A stretch of 64,000 nt of DNA from Candidatus Poribacteria bacterium (GCA_958295815.1 OY282374.1:311416-375415), one strand, 5' to 3'; numbered from the stretch's first letter, positions 27,125 through 36,844 are shown. Made by a program: numbers and translations. Notes: a model not told the origin generated them from the sequence alone.

Positions 27125-30100
27125 ATGTTTGAAGAGGTATCACCGCAATTCACGTTTGCTGAGAAAGAAAAACAGACCTTGGCGTTCTGGCGTGAAAATG
27201 ACATCTTTCAGAAGAGCATGGAGCTGCGCAAAGATGCAACACCATTTGTCTTCTTAGAGGGACCGCCGTTTGCCAATGCGCCACCCGGTGTCCATCATGC
27301 CCTCGCCCGCATCATGAAAGATGCCGTCTGCCGTTACAAGACGATGACAGGACATTACGTTCACAGAAAAGCGGGCTGGGACACGCACGGACTCCCCGTT
27401 GAATATCAGGTCGAAAAGCAACTTAATATCACAAATAAAGCCGAACTCGAGGCTTACGGCGTTCAGAACTTTATCGAAAAATGTAAAGAGAACGTGTTCC
27501 AATACGAGCAGGATTGGCGAAAGATGACGGAACGCATCGGATTCTGGGTCAACTTGGACGATGCCTATATCACGTTGTCGAACGACTACATTGAGAGCGT
27601 CTGGTGGGTCCTCCGTCAGGCATGGGATAAGGAATTGCTGTATCAGGGGCATAAGGTACAACCTTACTGCTATCGGTGCGGCACGACCTTAGCAAGCCAC
27701 GAAGTCGCACTCGGTTACCAAGAGGTCTCCGATCCATCTATCTTTGTGCGCTTCCCCTTGAAAAATAAAGAGAACGCCTACCTACTTGTCTGGACGACAA
27801 CACCTTGGACGTTGCCATCTAATGTCGCTGTTGCTGTCGGTGAGGATTACGATTATGTTGCTGTTGAACATGACGGGCAACACCTCATCCTCGCGAAGGC
27901 GTGTATGCCCAGCTTATTTGGAGATGAATCCCCGGAAATCGTCGAGAACTATAAAGGCGCGGACCTCCGAAATTGGGAATACGAACCGTTGTTTGATAGT
28001 GGACAGTATCCAGAAAAATCGCATTATATCGTCACAGCGGATTTCGTGACGACGACAGAGGGTAGCGGATTAGTCCATATCGCTCCCGCCTTCGGGCAAG
28101 ACGATTACGAGATCGGACAGAAACACAACATGCCACTCGTGCAATTGGTCGGTGCTGATGGTAGGTTCGTCCCAGAGGTTAAAGAACCCTGGGCAGGCGA
28201 GTATGTCAAAGACGCCGATCCGAAAATCATTGAGAACTTGGACGGACGCGGCTTGTTATTTAAGGCTACCGAGTATACCCACCAATACCCCTTCTGTTGG
28301 AGATGTGACAACCCACTACTCTACTACGCACGTGAATCGTGGTTTGTCCGCACGACCGCTATCCGCGATCAGATGCACCAGAACAATCAGCAGATTAACT
28401 GGTATCCAGAACATATCAAAGATGGAAGATTTGGCAACTGGTTAGAGAACAACATCGATTGGGGATTGAGTCGTGAACGTTATTGGGGGACACCCTTACC
28501 GGTCTGGATCTGCGATGGCTGTGGGAATCAACACTGTGTTGGTAGTATCGCCGAACTGCAGGAACTCGGTACCGACGTTCCAGACGATATTGAACTACAC
28601 CGTCCGTATGTAGACGATGTCGTCCTTAATTGTGGCGAGTGCAGTGGCACGATGCATCGCGTTCAAGATGTAATTGACTGCTGGTTTGACTCTGGCTGCG
28701 CACACACAGCACAATGGCACTACCCCTTTGAGAACAAAGAGATGCTGGAGCAGGCGTATCCCGCCGATTTCATCTCCGAAGCCATTGATCAGACCCGCGG
28801 TTGGTTCTATAGCCTCTTGGCAACCGGGACACTTCTCTATGATAAACCGGCTTACAAGAACTGCCTTTGCCTTGAACTAATTATGGGACCCGACGGTCAA
28901 AAGATGAGCAAGAGCCGAGGGAACACAGTGGATCCGTGGACAATCCTCAACAAGCAAGGCGCGGATGCGATGCGCTGGTATATGTTCACCGCAACCACAC
29001 CGTGGACACCACGCGCTTTCAAACCAGAGGGCATTGATGAAGCGTTGAAGAGGTTCATGGGAACCCTTCATAACGTCTATAGTTTTTTCGTCATGTATGC
29101 CAATCTGGAACAGGTTGATGTATTGCAGGATGCACCACCGGTTACGGAACGTGCTGTTGTAGACAGATGGATCTTATCGCGTCTCCATACCCTCATCGAC
29201 AACGTGCGCGGCGAGATGGAGAATTACCATCTCACAAATGCACCGCGCGCCATTGAAGCGTTTGTAGACGATCTCAGCAACTGGTACGTCCGTCGCTCCC
29301 GCGACCGCTTCTGGGGTGCGCAAGCCGGACCCGACAAGCAGGCGGCTTACGCTACGCTTTATGAGGTACTTGTAACCGTTGCGAAACTCGCTGCGCCGTT
29401 CATCCCGTTTTTGGCGGATGAACTCTACCGAAACTTGGTATGTTCGCTCGATGCTGATGCACCACCGAGTGTTCATCTTGCGGAATACCCAGTTGCAAAC
29501 GCCTCGTTGAGAGATTCACAACTTGAAACCGACATGGCTTTCACACGCGAAGTAATCAGCATGGGACATGCCGCACGTAACCGGTCAGGCATTAAAACGC
29601 GCCAACCGCTTGCTGAACTCACCCTTGGAGGTCTCTCCGATGCAGAAAAAGAGACCGTTAATCGTTTGGCGGAACTCGTCCACGATGAACTCAATGTCAA
29701 GGCTGTTGTCTTCACAGAGAATCTGGACGCATTCGCACAGGTGACACTCAAGCCCAACTTCAGAGTCCTCGGACCGAAATACGGCAAAGGTGTGCAAACC
29801 ATCGCGAAGGCACTCGCGACCGCTGATGCAATGCAGATGAAGGCTGAGTTGGAAGCCGCGGGCAGTTTACAGATCGAAGCGTCGGGAGAGACATACACGC
29901 TTGAGCAGTCAGACATCGATGTACAAACACAGAATCGAGAGGGTTTCTTTGTAGAGATGGACGCGAGGAAATTCGCTGTTCTGTCAACGGAACTGACCCA
30001 CGAGTTGACGCTTGAGGGCTTAGCACGCGAACTCGTCAACAAAATCCAGAATATGCGGAAGGATGCCGATTTTAACGTCGCGGATCGGATTAAACTCAGT

Positions 30101-30268
30101 CTGGAAACGCCATCATCACTTGTTGAAGAAGCGTTTCAGGCGCATCGGGACTATATCCTGCAGGAGACACTGACAGCAGCTGTCGTTGAGTCTCCAAGCG
30201 AAAACGCATTCACTGTTGACCAAAAATTAAACGGTGAACCGGCAACCGTGAGCGTCGAGCAGATTTAA
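27125..30268 (+). CDS. ileS: Isoleucine--tRNA ligase, long (type-2-like) form
   Basis: 1047 aa. PPFANAPPGVHHALARIMKD (HIGH-region variant), KMSKSRGN, and the editing-domain pattern WTTTPWTLPSN. GAGGGA RBS. Confidence 0.9.
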   Translation: MFEEVSPQFTFAEKEKQTLAFWRENDIFQKSMELRKDATPFVFLEGPPFANAPPGVHHALARIMKDAVCRYKTMTGHYVHRKAGWDTHGLPVEYQVEKQLNITNKAELEAYGVQNFIEKCKENVFQYEQDWRKMTERIGFWVNLDDAYITLSNDYIESVWWVLRQAWDKELLYQGHKVQPYCYRCGTTLASHEVALGYQEVSDPSIFVRFPLKNKENAYLLVWTTTPWTLPSNVAVAVGEDYDYVAVEHDGQHLILAKACMPSLFGDESPEIVENYKGADLRNWEYEPLFDSGQYPEKSHYIVTADFVTTTEGSGLVHIAPAFGQDDYEIGQKHNMPLVQLVGADGRFVPEVKEPWAGEYVKDADPKIIENLDGRGLLFKATEYTHQYPFCWRCDNPLLYYARESWFVRTTAIRDQMHQNNQQINWYPEHIKDGRFGNWLENNIDWGLSRERYWGTPLPVWICDGCGNQHCVGSIAELQELGTDVPDDIELHRPYVDDVVLNCGECSGTMHRVQDVIDCWFDSGCAHTAQWHYPFENKEMLEQAYPADFISEAIDQTRGWFYSLLATGTLLYDKPAYKNCLCLELIMGPDGQKMSKSRGNTVDPWTILNKQGADAMRWYMFTATTPWTPRAFKPEGIDEALKRFMGTLHNVYSFFVMYANLEQVDVLQDAPPVTERAVVDRWILSRLHTLIDNVRGEMENYHLTNAPRAIEAFVDDLSNWYVRRSRDRFWGAQAGPDKQAAYATLYEVLVTVAKLAAPFIPFLADELYRNLVCSLDADAPPSVHLAEYPVANASLRDSQLETDMAFTREVISMGHAARNRSGIKTRQPLAELTLGGLSDAEKETVNRLAELVHDELNVKAVVFTENLDAFAQVTLKPNFRVLGPKYGKGVQTIAKALATADAMQMKAELEAAGSLQIEASGETYTLEQSDIDVQTQNREGFFVEMDARKFAVLSTELTHELTLEGLARELVNKIQNMRKDADFNVADRIKLSLETPSSLVEEAFQAHRDYILQETLTAAVVESPSENAFTVDQKLNGEPATVSVEQI

Positions 30269-30317
30269 AGTATCCATCTTTGCTAGCGAGGTTTCCTACC
30301 CGTCCTGAAGGTATTGA

Positions 30318-30346
30318 TTGATTTTACCGTGGATCTGTGGCATAAT
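30318..30346 (+). promoter_or_regulatory. Putative promoter of the toxin-antitoxin pair
   Basis: TTGATT (30318-30323), a 17-nt spacer ending TGG (extended -10), then CATAAT (30341-30346). Confidence 0.35.
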
Positions 30347-30446
30347 TACGTTTAACCAGTCAGCGACGGTATTGATATGAATTGGAAGCACAACTACAAG
30401 CAAAACGCTGAAAGACTCTGGCGAACTTGACTAAGGGAGAAAACCC

Positions 30447-30770
30447 ATGGAAAAAATAAAGACCGTCGAAATTCATGACAAGGTCTTTGAGGAGACCTAT
30501 ACTGCCCACATCCAAAGAAACGGAACAAACTGGCTTGGATGGGTTCCAGATGTCCCAGAAGTTAAATGCGAGGAGCCTACAGAAGCCGTATTGCTGAAAA
30601 CCCTTGAAAAGAGACTGCATGAAGCCTTAGTTGTTGAAGAAGAGGCATGGGAGAAGAAGTTTGAAGAGGACGTGAAAGCGGGGCGATTGGATCACCTTGC
30701 CGAAAAAGCAGTTGAGAATTATCGAGAAGACAAATACCGCCACATAGAAGAACTACAAAAACTGTTGTAG
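30447..30770 (+). CDS. HicB-fold (UPF0150-like) antitoxin candidate
   Basis: YTAHIQRNGTNWLGWVPDVPEVKCEEPTEAVLLKTLEKRLHEAL fits the HicB N-terminal pattern. It ends 1 nt before the toxin gene. Confidence 0.5.
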   Translation: MEKIKTVEIHDKVFEETYTAHIQRNGTNWLGWVPDVPEVKCEEPTEAVLLKTLEKRLHEALVVEEEAWEKKFEEDVKAGRLDHLAEKAVENYREDKYRHIEELQKLL

Positions 30771-30771
30771 T

Positions 30772-31023
30772 ATGGCACATATTTTCGATGATGATTTTTG
30801 GGAATCTTGCGTTGAACTTCCATCCAATATCCAAAGACGCGTCCCTCAGAAGTTTCAACTCCTTCGGCAAAATCCTAGACACCCTTCTCTCCGCTTTAAA
30901 AAGGTTGGAGCCCTCTGGTCAATCCGAATCAGTAAAGGCTACAGGGCTTTAGCTCGTGAAGAAGAAGGGAATTTCATCTGGTTTTGGATTGGAACACATG
31001 GCGAATACGAGAGACGGATCTGA
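30772..31023 (+). CDS. RelE/ParE-superfamily toxin
   Basis: 83 aa. ..LWSIRISKGYRALAREEEGNFIWFWIGTHGEYERRI is typical of RelE/ParE-like toxins. Confidence 0.65.
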   Translation: MAHIFDDDFWESCVELPSNIQRRVPQKFQLLRQNPRHPSLRFKKVGALWSIRISKGYRALAREEEGNFIWFWIGTHGEYERRI

Positions 31024-31206
31024 TAAGCGTCATGGTGAAAAACGCTACTATATGCAAGTAGACTTGCACATAGTAGCACTATTTGTAAAGTAGACTTGCA
31101 CATAGTAGCGCGGTACGTGAGATTAGAGTTCATGTGTGCCACTGGAACGAATAGGCGCGTGCTGATGTAAGAAGCATAATGGTAGTTTGTTTTTTGAATC
31201 TGCGCT

Positions 31207-32979
31207 TTATTTTTCCGGGTGGGTGCTATACTTAAGAACCCCATCTGCATCCGTAAACCGCAAGTAGAGTCCCCAGCCCCAACCCTCCTGATCGATCTTA
31301 CATAATACCTCATTCCATCCGGCATTGAGTTGGCACGAAATAGTATCTTCATCCGGTCTTGCCGGGCGATAGATATTGTTTCGATGGATTTCAGTGCCGT
31401 TTAACCACACAGTAACACCATCATTGCTGCCGAGTAATAACACAGAATCAGTCGGTTTCGGTGTGTGGACGTACACCAGCGCGTATCCGATAGCTGTCTG
31501 CTCAAGACTGAGACTTTTGAGTAAGTCGAGAAAACCGTTTGTCTCCGTAGTTGCTTCTTGCCACTGAATCGTTTTGCCGCGTATACCTGTGTAAGTTGCC
31601 TCCAAGTTCAATTGACCGTCAGAATGCAGCGGTTTGTCAATTGTTTCACCCTCCGTCTTGGGAAATGGACCCAGTACCATATAGCGTTCAACAAATGGTG
31701 AGACGTTCAGCACTTGATAGGAGTCGATACCAATTTTGTAGCCTGTCGCTCCAGCATCCTTTCCGACAACACTGAACACGATTTGGTTTGTCCCGGCATC
31801 CAGAGGGGCAGTCCCAAAGGAAACCAACGTCCCAGCTATCGGTTCAGCAGAATAGCCGTCGTAGGGTATTCCCACTACGGTGCTGTTTGCCGATAGTTCA
31901 ACCTGCCCGTATTCCGGTCCACGCATTAAAACAGCACTAATTTCATAAACATCTCTGTGGGGCACTTCAATTGGAACAGTTAAAGATCCAGTCTCTCCGG
32001 TAGTTTCTGGGATCAGTGCGACATGACTTCCACCTATAGCTACGCCTGCTGAGTTATAGTTTTCTACTTGAACCGATGCGTTATGTGTTGTTGTTTTAGG
32101 CAAAAGAGCAAGTGCCGATTGTGTATCTTTTGAAGGCAAGTCCCACTCTTTTTCATACCAAAATTGTGGCAGACGGTAAAGATCACGTGCCTCATTGGTT
32201 AGTACAAGATTATATCCGTCAAAGCAGACCGCCTCACCACTAAAATTGTGTGACAAGTCCCACGGTGTACCTTGGATCATCTGTGATAAATCCCCTGCTG
32301 TCCCCTGATACACCCAGAGGGCATTGTAGGTACAGACGGCAAGTCTCGTCCCGTCCTCAGACAACCCCGCGCCTGTCACGAATTTTGCTTCAGCGAATTC
32401 ACCTACCCGTACTAAAACCTGTTTTGTATCGGGTTTCAATGCCGGAAACCGGTAAAGCACTGCGCGTTCCCGCTCCTTAGAAACGATATATGGGATGCCT
32501 TCCGCAATAAAGAGTCCTTCAGCATCCACATTTTCATCAGGATACCGATACGGATAACTTGCGATGACCTCCACCTCTGTTTCAGTGAAGGGATTCGGTT
32601 CTTCGACGACGACGACCTTCAGATCTTGCCGTAGTCTACTGTTATTTCCGATTTCACCGATCCAGAGTTGGTTTTGTGCATCAATGCCGAGTGCCTCCCA
32701 GTCAAAGTTTCCTGAACCGCGCACCGGAATTTCTTGAGTTAATTCGCCATTTATTTTTGTAGCGTAAAGTGTTGCGGGGTTGCCAGAGTCGTTGAGCGTC
32801 CAATAAACGCCTTCAAACTGCTGACTTTTAACAATACCAGAACTCTCTTGGATGTCGGGGTGTGTGTATTTTCCTGTGGGTTGCCATGGGGGTGTGTCAG
32901 GGACGTCTGCGGGGACCGCAGTAGCGGTATAAACGCCCATGCTAAGCGCGAGAATTAACAGAAGCGAGAGCAATTTCAT
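31207..32979 (-). CDS. Secreted protein with predicted beta-propeller N-domain and beta-sandwich C-domains
   Basis: Signal peptide MKLLSLLLILALSMGVYTATA. ESSGIV...VYWTLNDSGN resembles SdiA-regulated/phytase-like propeller families (weak call). Confidence 0.5.
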   Translation of the reverse strand: MKLLSLLLILALSMGVYTATAVPADVPDTPPWQPTGKYTHPDIQESSGIVKSQQFEGVYWTLNDSGNPATLYATKINGELTQEIPVRGSGNFDWEALGIDAQNQLWIGEIGNNSRLRQDLKVVVVEEPNPFTETEVEVIASYPYRYPDENVDAEGLFIAEGIPYIVSKERERAVLYRFPALKPDTKQVLVRVGEFAEAKFVTGAGLSEDGTRLAVCTYNALWVYQGTAGDLSQMIQGTPWDLSHNFSGEAVCFDGYNLVLTNEARDLYRLPQFWYEKEWDLPSKDTQSALALLPKTTTHNASVQVENYNSAGVAIGGSHVALIPETTGETGSLTVPIEVPHRDVYEISAVLMRGPEYGQVELSANSTVVGIPYDGYSAEPIAGTLVSFGTAPLDAGTNQIVFSVVGKDAGATGYKIGIDSYQVLNVSPFVERYMVLGPFPKTEGETIDKPLHSDGQLNLEATYTGIRGKTIQWQEATTETNGFLDLLKSLSLEQTAIGYALVYVHTPKPTDSVLLLGSNDGVTVWLNGTEIHRNNIYRPARPDEDTISCQLNAGWNEVLCKIDQEGWGWGLYLRFTDADGVLKYSTHPEK

Positions 32980-33052
32980 TGAGTAATCTCCTTTTGATTT
33001 ATGTATATATTTTACTGTTTTTTCGGAGAGAAATCAAAGGAGTTTCAACATC

Positions 33053-33125
33053 GGTCATCCTGAAAATCCTGATTCTGACAATCCACCGCTGACTGCTGAC
33101 TGCTGATAGCCATTTTCCCATAACC
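33053..33125. repeat. Second copy of the GGTCATCCTGAAAATCCT...CTGACAATCCA element
   Basis: GGTCATCCTGAAAATCCTGATTCTGACAATCCACCGCTGACTGCTGACTGCTGATAGCC. Compare 26647-26730. Confidence 0.55.
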
Positions 33126-33149
33126 AAAAAATCAATACCCCAAAAAAAG

Positions 33150-33178
33150 TAGACAAACCCTCTATTTTGTGGTATTAT
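33150..33178 (+). promoter_or_regulatory. Putative rpsT promoter
   Basis: TAGACA (33150-33155), a 17-nt spacer ending TGG, then TATTAT (33173-33178). Confidence 0.4.
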
Positions 33179-33262
33179 TAAGTACACGTATTGTGAAAGA
33201 TATTCAAACCCCGGTTATCTGTGTGATTATCGGGGAGATAATTCTCAAAAGGAGTATGAGTT

Positions 33263-33535
33263 TTGCATCGACAATCTGCAAAAAAGCACGCACGTGCGGA
33301 TAACGCGAAACGCATCCGCAATCGACATCGTAAATCAACGCTGCGGACATCCCTCAAACAGGCAGAGATAGCACTTGATGAAGGCAATGTTGAGACGGCG
33401 CAGGAATTGTGCAGGAACGTGGTAAGTCTCTTGGATAGAGCTGCAAGCAAAGGCGTTATCAAAAAAGGGACAGCAAATCGCCAAAAGTCCAGACTCATCC
33501 GCAAATTGCACATGCTGATGGCGGAAGCGGCATAA
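33263..33535 (+). CDS. rpsT: 30S ribosomal protein S20
   Basis: SAKKHARADNAKRIRNRHRKSTLRTSLK...KGVIKKGTANRQKSRL. TTG start at 33263, 8 nt after AGGAG (33250-33254). Confidence 0.85.
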   Translation: MHRQSAKKHARADNAKRIRNRHRKSTLRTSLKQAEIALDEGNVETAQELCRNVVSLLDRAASKGVIKKGTANRQKSRLIRKLHMLMAEAA

Positions 33536-33629
33536 TTTTGGCGTTGTATTACAATGACTTGTTACTAAGAGAAGGAGACGCGCGAGGCATCTGGGCTTTG
33601 GACCACGAGACCTCGCGTTATCGCGAGAT

Positions 33630-35033
33630 ATGAACGTTCGCAAAGTCGCTTTAGAGTGCTTGCTAACCCTTTCGCACACCAGCACGTCCATAGCGTCTGT
33701 TGTTGATAGCGCATTCGGACGCTACCCGATTGACGGGCGCGAACGTCGCCTCGTAAATGGGCTTGTCTATGGCGTTATCCGGTGGCAGCGGCAGTTGGAT
33801 TGGGTGCTGAATCAATTTATCAACCCTCGGTTCCAGTTAGACGCTCGGCATCGTAATATCCTGAGACTCGGCGCATTTCAACTGCTACATCTCGACGGCA
33901 TACCCCCACACGCAGCGATTTACGAAACCGTCCAACTCGCCACTTCTCATCTACGTAAATCTTCTGGCGGACGGAAGAGCGCGGGATTTATCAACGCTGT
34001 ACTCCGTTCCGTGCAACGTAAAGGTAGAAAATTAACCTATCCACCACTGGATGCAAATCCGATCGAACACATCGCGATTTCGTTGTCCTACCCAACGTGG
34101 TTAGTAAAGCGGTGGCTTCAGACACGCGGCGTTTCATGGACGTTAGCGTTCTGCCGGGCAAGCAACCAGATCGCACCGCTCGCACTCCGCGTAAATTCCC
34201 TCCTGACACAACGCGAAGAAGTATCCCAATCGCTCGAAGCGAACGGTATTGCCGCAACTGTCTCCAAAATCGCACCTGACGGACTGGTGCTTGAGAACCG
34301 TACCATCACAGCCTTTGATACCCCTGGCGAGCAGACACTAAAGGATGTCCTCAACCGAGAAGACATCTATGTCCAAGACGAAAGCGCGATGTTAGTACCG
34401 CATCTCCTTTCACCGGCGGACGCACGGTTCATCGTAGACCTCTGTGCTGCACCGGGTGGTAAAACATCTCATCTCGCACATCTCATGGGAAATGCTGGAA
34501 AACTCATTGCTGTAGATGTATCTGCGGAAAAGATAGCGTTGTTGCAAAAAAACTGTCGACGGGTCGGTGCCCACAACATTGAAACTCGACTAACTGACGC
34601 GACAAAAGCAGATCTTGAGTTTATTAAAACCGCTGATGCTGTGCTTGTCGATGCACCCTGTTCAGGATTCGGAACGCTTCGACGACACCCGGACATCCGG
34701 TGGAACAAAACCTTTGAGCAGGTTCGCACCCTCAGTGAAGTCCAGTATAATTTGTTAAAGAGTGCCGCACAACACATCAAACCTGGAGGCATCCTCGTCT
34801 ACAGCACCTGTAGTATTGAGCCGATGGAGAACGAAGAGGTCGTTCAGCGGTTTTTGGCGGACTTCCCAATGTATAAGGTGGAAAATGCCAGACGCTTTTT
34901 GCCAGATATCCCTCTGAGTGCTATAACACCACAAGGCTTTCTCCAGACGTTCCCTCATGAACACGGGGTTGACGGTGCGTTCGCCGCACGACTCCGACGG
35001 GTTTCTACAGAATCTAATAAAGCCGATAAATAA
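33630..35033 (+). CDS. rsmB: 16S rRNA (cytosine967-C5)-methyltransferase
   Basis: NusB-like N-domain plus SAM methyltransferase motifs DLCAAPGGKT, DAPCSGFGTLRRHPD and YSTCS. Confidence 0.8.
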   Translation: MNVRKVALECLLTLSHTSTSIASVVDSAFGRYPIDGRERRLVNGLVYGVIRWQRQLDWVLNQFINPRFQLDARHRNILRLGAFQLLHLDGIPPHAAIYETVQLATSHLRKSSGGRKSAGFINAVLRSVQRKGRKLTYPPLDANPIEHIAISLSYPTWLVKRWLQTRGVSWTLAFCRASNQIAPLALRVNSLLTQREEVSQSLEANGIAATVSKIAPDGLVLENRTITAFDTPGEQTLKDVLNREDIYVQDESAMLVPHLLSPADARFIVDLCAAPGGKTSHLAHLMGNAGKLIAVDVSAEKIALLQKNCRRVGAHNIETRLTDATKADLEFIKTADAVLVDAPCSGFGTLRRHPDIRWNKTFEQVRTLSEVQYNLLKSAAQHIKPGGILVYSTCSIEPMENEEVVQRFLADFPMYKVENARRFLPDIPLSAITPQGFLQTFPHEHGVDGAFAARLRRVSTESNKADK

Positions 35034-35060
35034 ATAGACATTATTAATGCACATCAGAAC

Positions 35061-35126
35061 GCTCTTTGTAGGAGAGGATTCTAACCCCGACTCTTTGTAG
35101 GAGGGGTTTGTAACCCCGACTCTTTG
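35061..35126. repeat. Two adjacent REP copies (CTCTTTGTAGGAGGGGTTTGTAACCCCGACTCTTT; the first is degenerate)
   Basis: Core palindrome GGGGTT-TGT-AACCCC. Followed by CCATGTAATTGCAGATTTTGCTATAA, which runs into the thiE ATG. Confidence 0.7.
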
Positions 35127-35159
35127 GAACGGTCCATGTAATTGCAGATTTTGCTATAA

Positions 35160-35774
35160 ATGATCGATTTTAGGTTGTACGCCATTACAGACAGACACCT
35201 ATGCGCACCTACCCCACTAACTGAGGTGGTTTCCGAATTGTTGGACACAGGGGTTACCACTATCCAATTGCGCGAAAAAGATTTAAGCAGTGAAGAATTG
35301 ATGCATTTAGCACAACCAATTGCTGAATTGTGTCGAGATTACAAGGCGAAACTTTTCATCAATACAGATATAAGCGTTGCCCGCAACGTCGGTGCTGCCG
35401 GTGTTCATCTTCCGGCGAATTCTGGATCTGTGAGTTTGGTAAAGGTGCAAACGGACGCGAACTTTTATATCGGATGTTCGGTACACTGTCTTAATGAGGC
35501 AAAGAAACGGGAAGCAGAAGGAGCTGATTTTCTGACGTATAGTCCTATCTATCTGACAGCGAGCAAACCGGGTTATGGTCCCGCTGTTGGTGTAGAGAAT
35601 CTCGCGAAGGTAGCAGCAGGCGTTAAGTTGCCTGTATTCGCTTTAGGAGGTATTACACCAGCGCGAGTTACAGAGTGTTTAGCGACAGGAGCCTTCGGAG
35701 TTGCTGTAATGTCAGGTGTTATGTCTCCCAAAAACGCAGGAAGACAAGCGAAACGCTATCTCGATTTATTTTAA
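35160..35774 (+). CDS. thiE: Thiamine-phosphate synthase
   Basis: LYAITD, IQLREKDL, GADFLTYSPIY, VFALGGIT. Confidence 0.85.
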   Translation: MIDFRLYAITDRHLCAPTPLTEVVSELLDTGVTTIQLREKDLSSEELMHLAQPIAELCRDYKAKLFINTDISVARNVGAAGVHLPANSGSVSLVKVQTDANFYIGCSVHCLNEAKKREAEGADFLTYSPIYLTASKPGYGPAVGVENLAKVAAGVKLPVFALGGITPARVTECLATGAFGVAVMSGVMSPKNAGRQAKRYLDLF

Positions 35775-35791
35775 CAATTGCTTCTAATCTA

Positions 35792-36020
35792 TGAGATCCG
35801 CTCTTTGTAGGAGGGGTTTGTAACCCCGACTCTTTAGAAGTTTCCATGTAATTGTAGATTTTACATATAATCCAAAGGCAGTTGGAATTAACCGAAAACC
35901 ACCGTTGAGATCCGCTCTTTGTAGGAGGGGTTTGTAACCCCGACTCTTTAGAAGTTTCCATGTAATTGTAGATTTTACTATATAATCCAAAGGCAGTTGG
36001 AATTAACCGAAAACCACCGT
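35792..36020. repeat. Tandem duplication, 114 + 115 bp (REP core plus ~80-bp conserved tail)
   Basis: 35792-35905 and 35906-36020 are identical except for one inserted base (TTACATATAAT vs TTACTATATAAT). Confidence 0.9.
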
Positions 36021-36061
36021 GAACATTGTGGAACGGTGACCAGATTTAATAGTTAAAAAGA

Positions 36062-36844
36062 ATGAAACAGATTTTGACAATCGCAGGTTCAGATTCAGGC
36101 GGAGGTGCCGGCATACAGGCGGATATCAAGGCGATTTCGGCAAATGGTGGTTATGCTATGTCCGTAATTACCTCCGTTACAGCACAAAATACAGTCGCTG
36201 TGACAGACGCATTTGATCTGCCTATTTCACTGATTGAAGCGCAATTGGATGCCGTCTTTACAGATTTTAACGTAGCCAGCGTTAAAACGGGGATGCTCTC
36301 TTCACCAGCCATTGTTGAGGCAGTTGCGGCAAAGTTGAAAACGTATACGCCGTCAGCCATTGTCGTAGACCCAGTAATGATCTCAAAAAGCAAATTCCCG
36401 CTCTTGAAAGAAGAGGCGATTGATAGCCTCAAAACAGCGTTAATTCCACTTGCAACGGTGATTACGCCGAATATTTACGAGGCGGAGCTACTCGCACAGC
36501 AGGACATCCCGAACACAGATGCGGCGAAAACCGCTGCAAAATCAATCGCTGAACTCGGTTGTCATGCCGTCCTCGTTAAAGGTGGACATCTTACTGGAAA
36601 CAGTGCTACCGATGTGCTTTATTGTAACGGGGAATGGACTTTTTTTGAGGCGGAATGGGTTGAAACAGAAAATACACACGGCACAGGCTGCACCTACTCA
36701 GCGGCAATAGCGACGCAACTCACACACGGTAAAGACTTAATTGGCGCTATCAGGACAGCGAAGACGTATATTACGGGTGCCATTCAGCACGCCTTGGATA
36801 TCGGACAAGGACACGGACCGACAAATCATTTTTTTAAGTTGTAG
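36062..36844 (+). CDS. thiD: Hydroxymethylpyrimidine / phosphomethylpyrimidine kinase
   Basis: LTIAGSDSGGGAGIQADIK, VVDPVM, LVKGGHL, HGTGCT. Confidence 0.85.
   Translation: MKQILTIAGSDSGGGAGIQADIKAISANGGYAMSVITSVTAQNTVAVTDAFDLPISLIEAQLDAVFTDFNVASVKTGMLSSPAIVEAVAAKLKTYTPSAIVVDPVMISKSKFPLLKEEAIDSLKTALIPLATVITPNIYEAELLAQQDIPNTDAAKTAAKSIAELGCHAVLVKGGHLTGNSATDVLYCNGEWTFFEAEWVETENTHGTGCTYSAAIATQLTHGKDLIGAIRTAKTYITGAIQHALDIGQGHGPTNHFFKL

Noticed and set aside
35719-35990. Two minus-strand ORFs (80 and 68 aa) with internally repeated peptides such as METSKESGLQTPPTKSGS
   Set aside because: They lie entirely within the 114/115-bp tandem duplication and REP copies. The repeated peptide is just the translated DNA repeat. 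There is no RBS and no coding signal.
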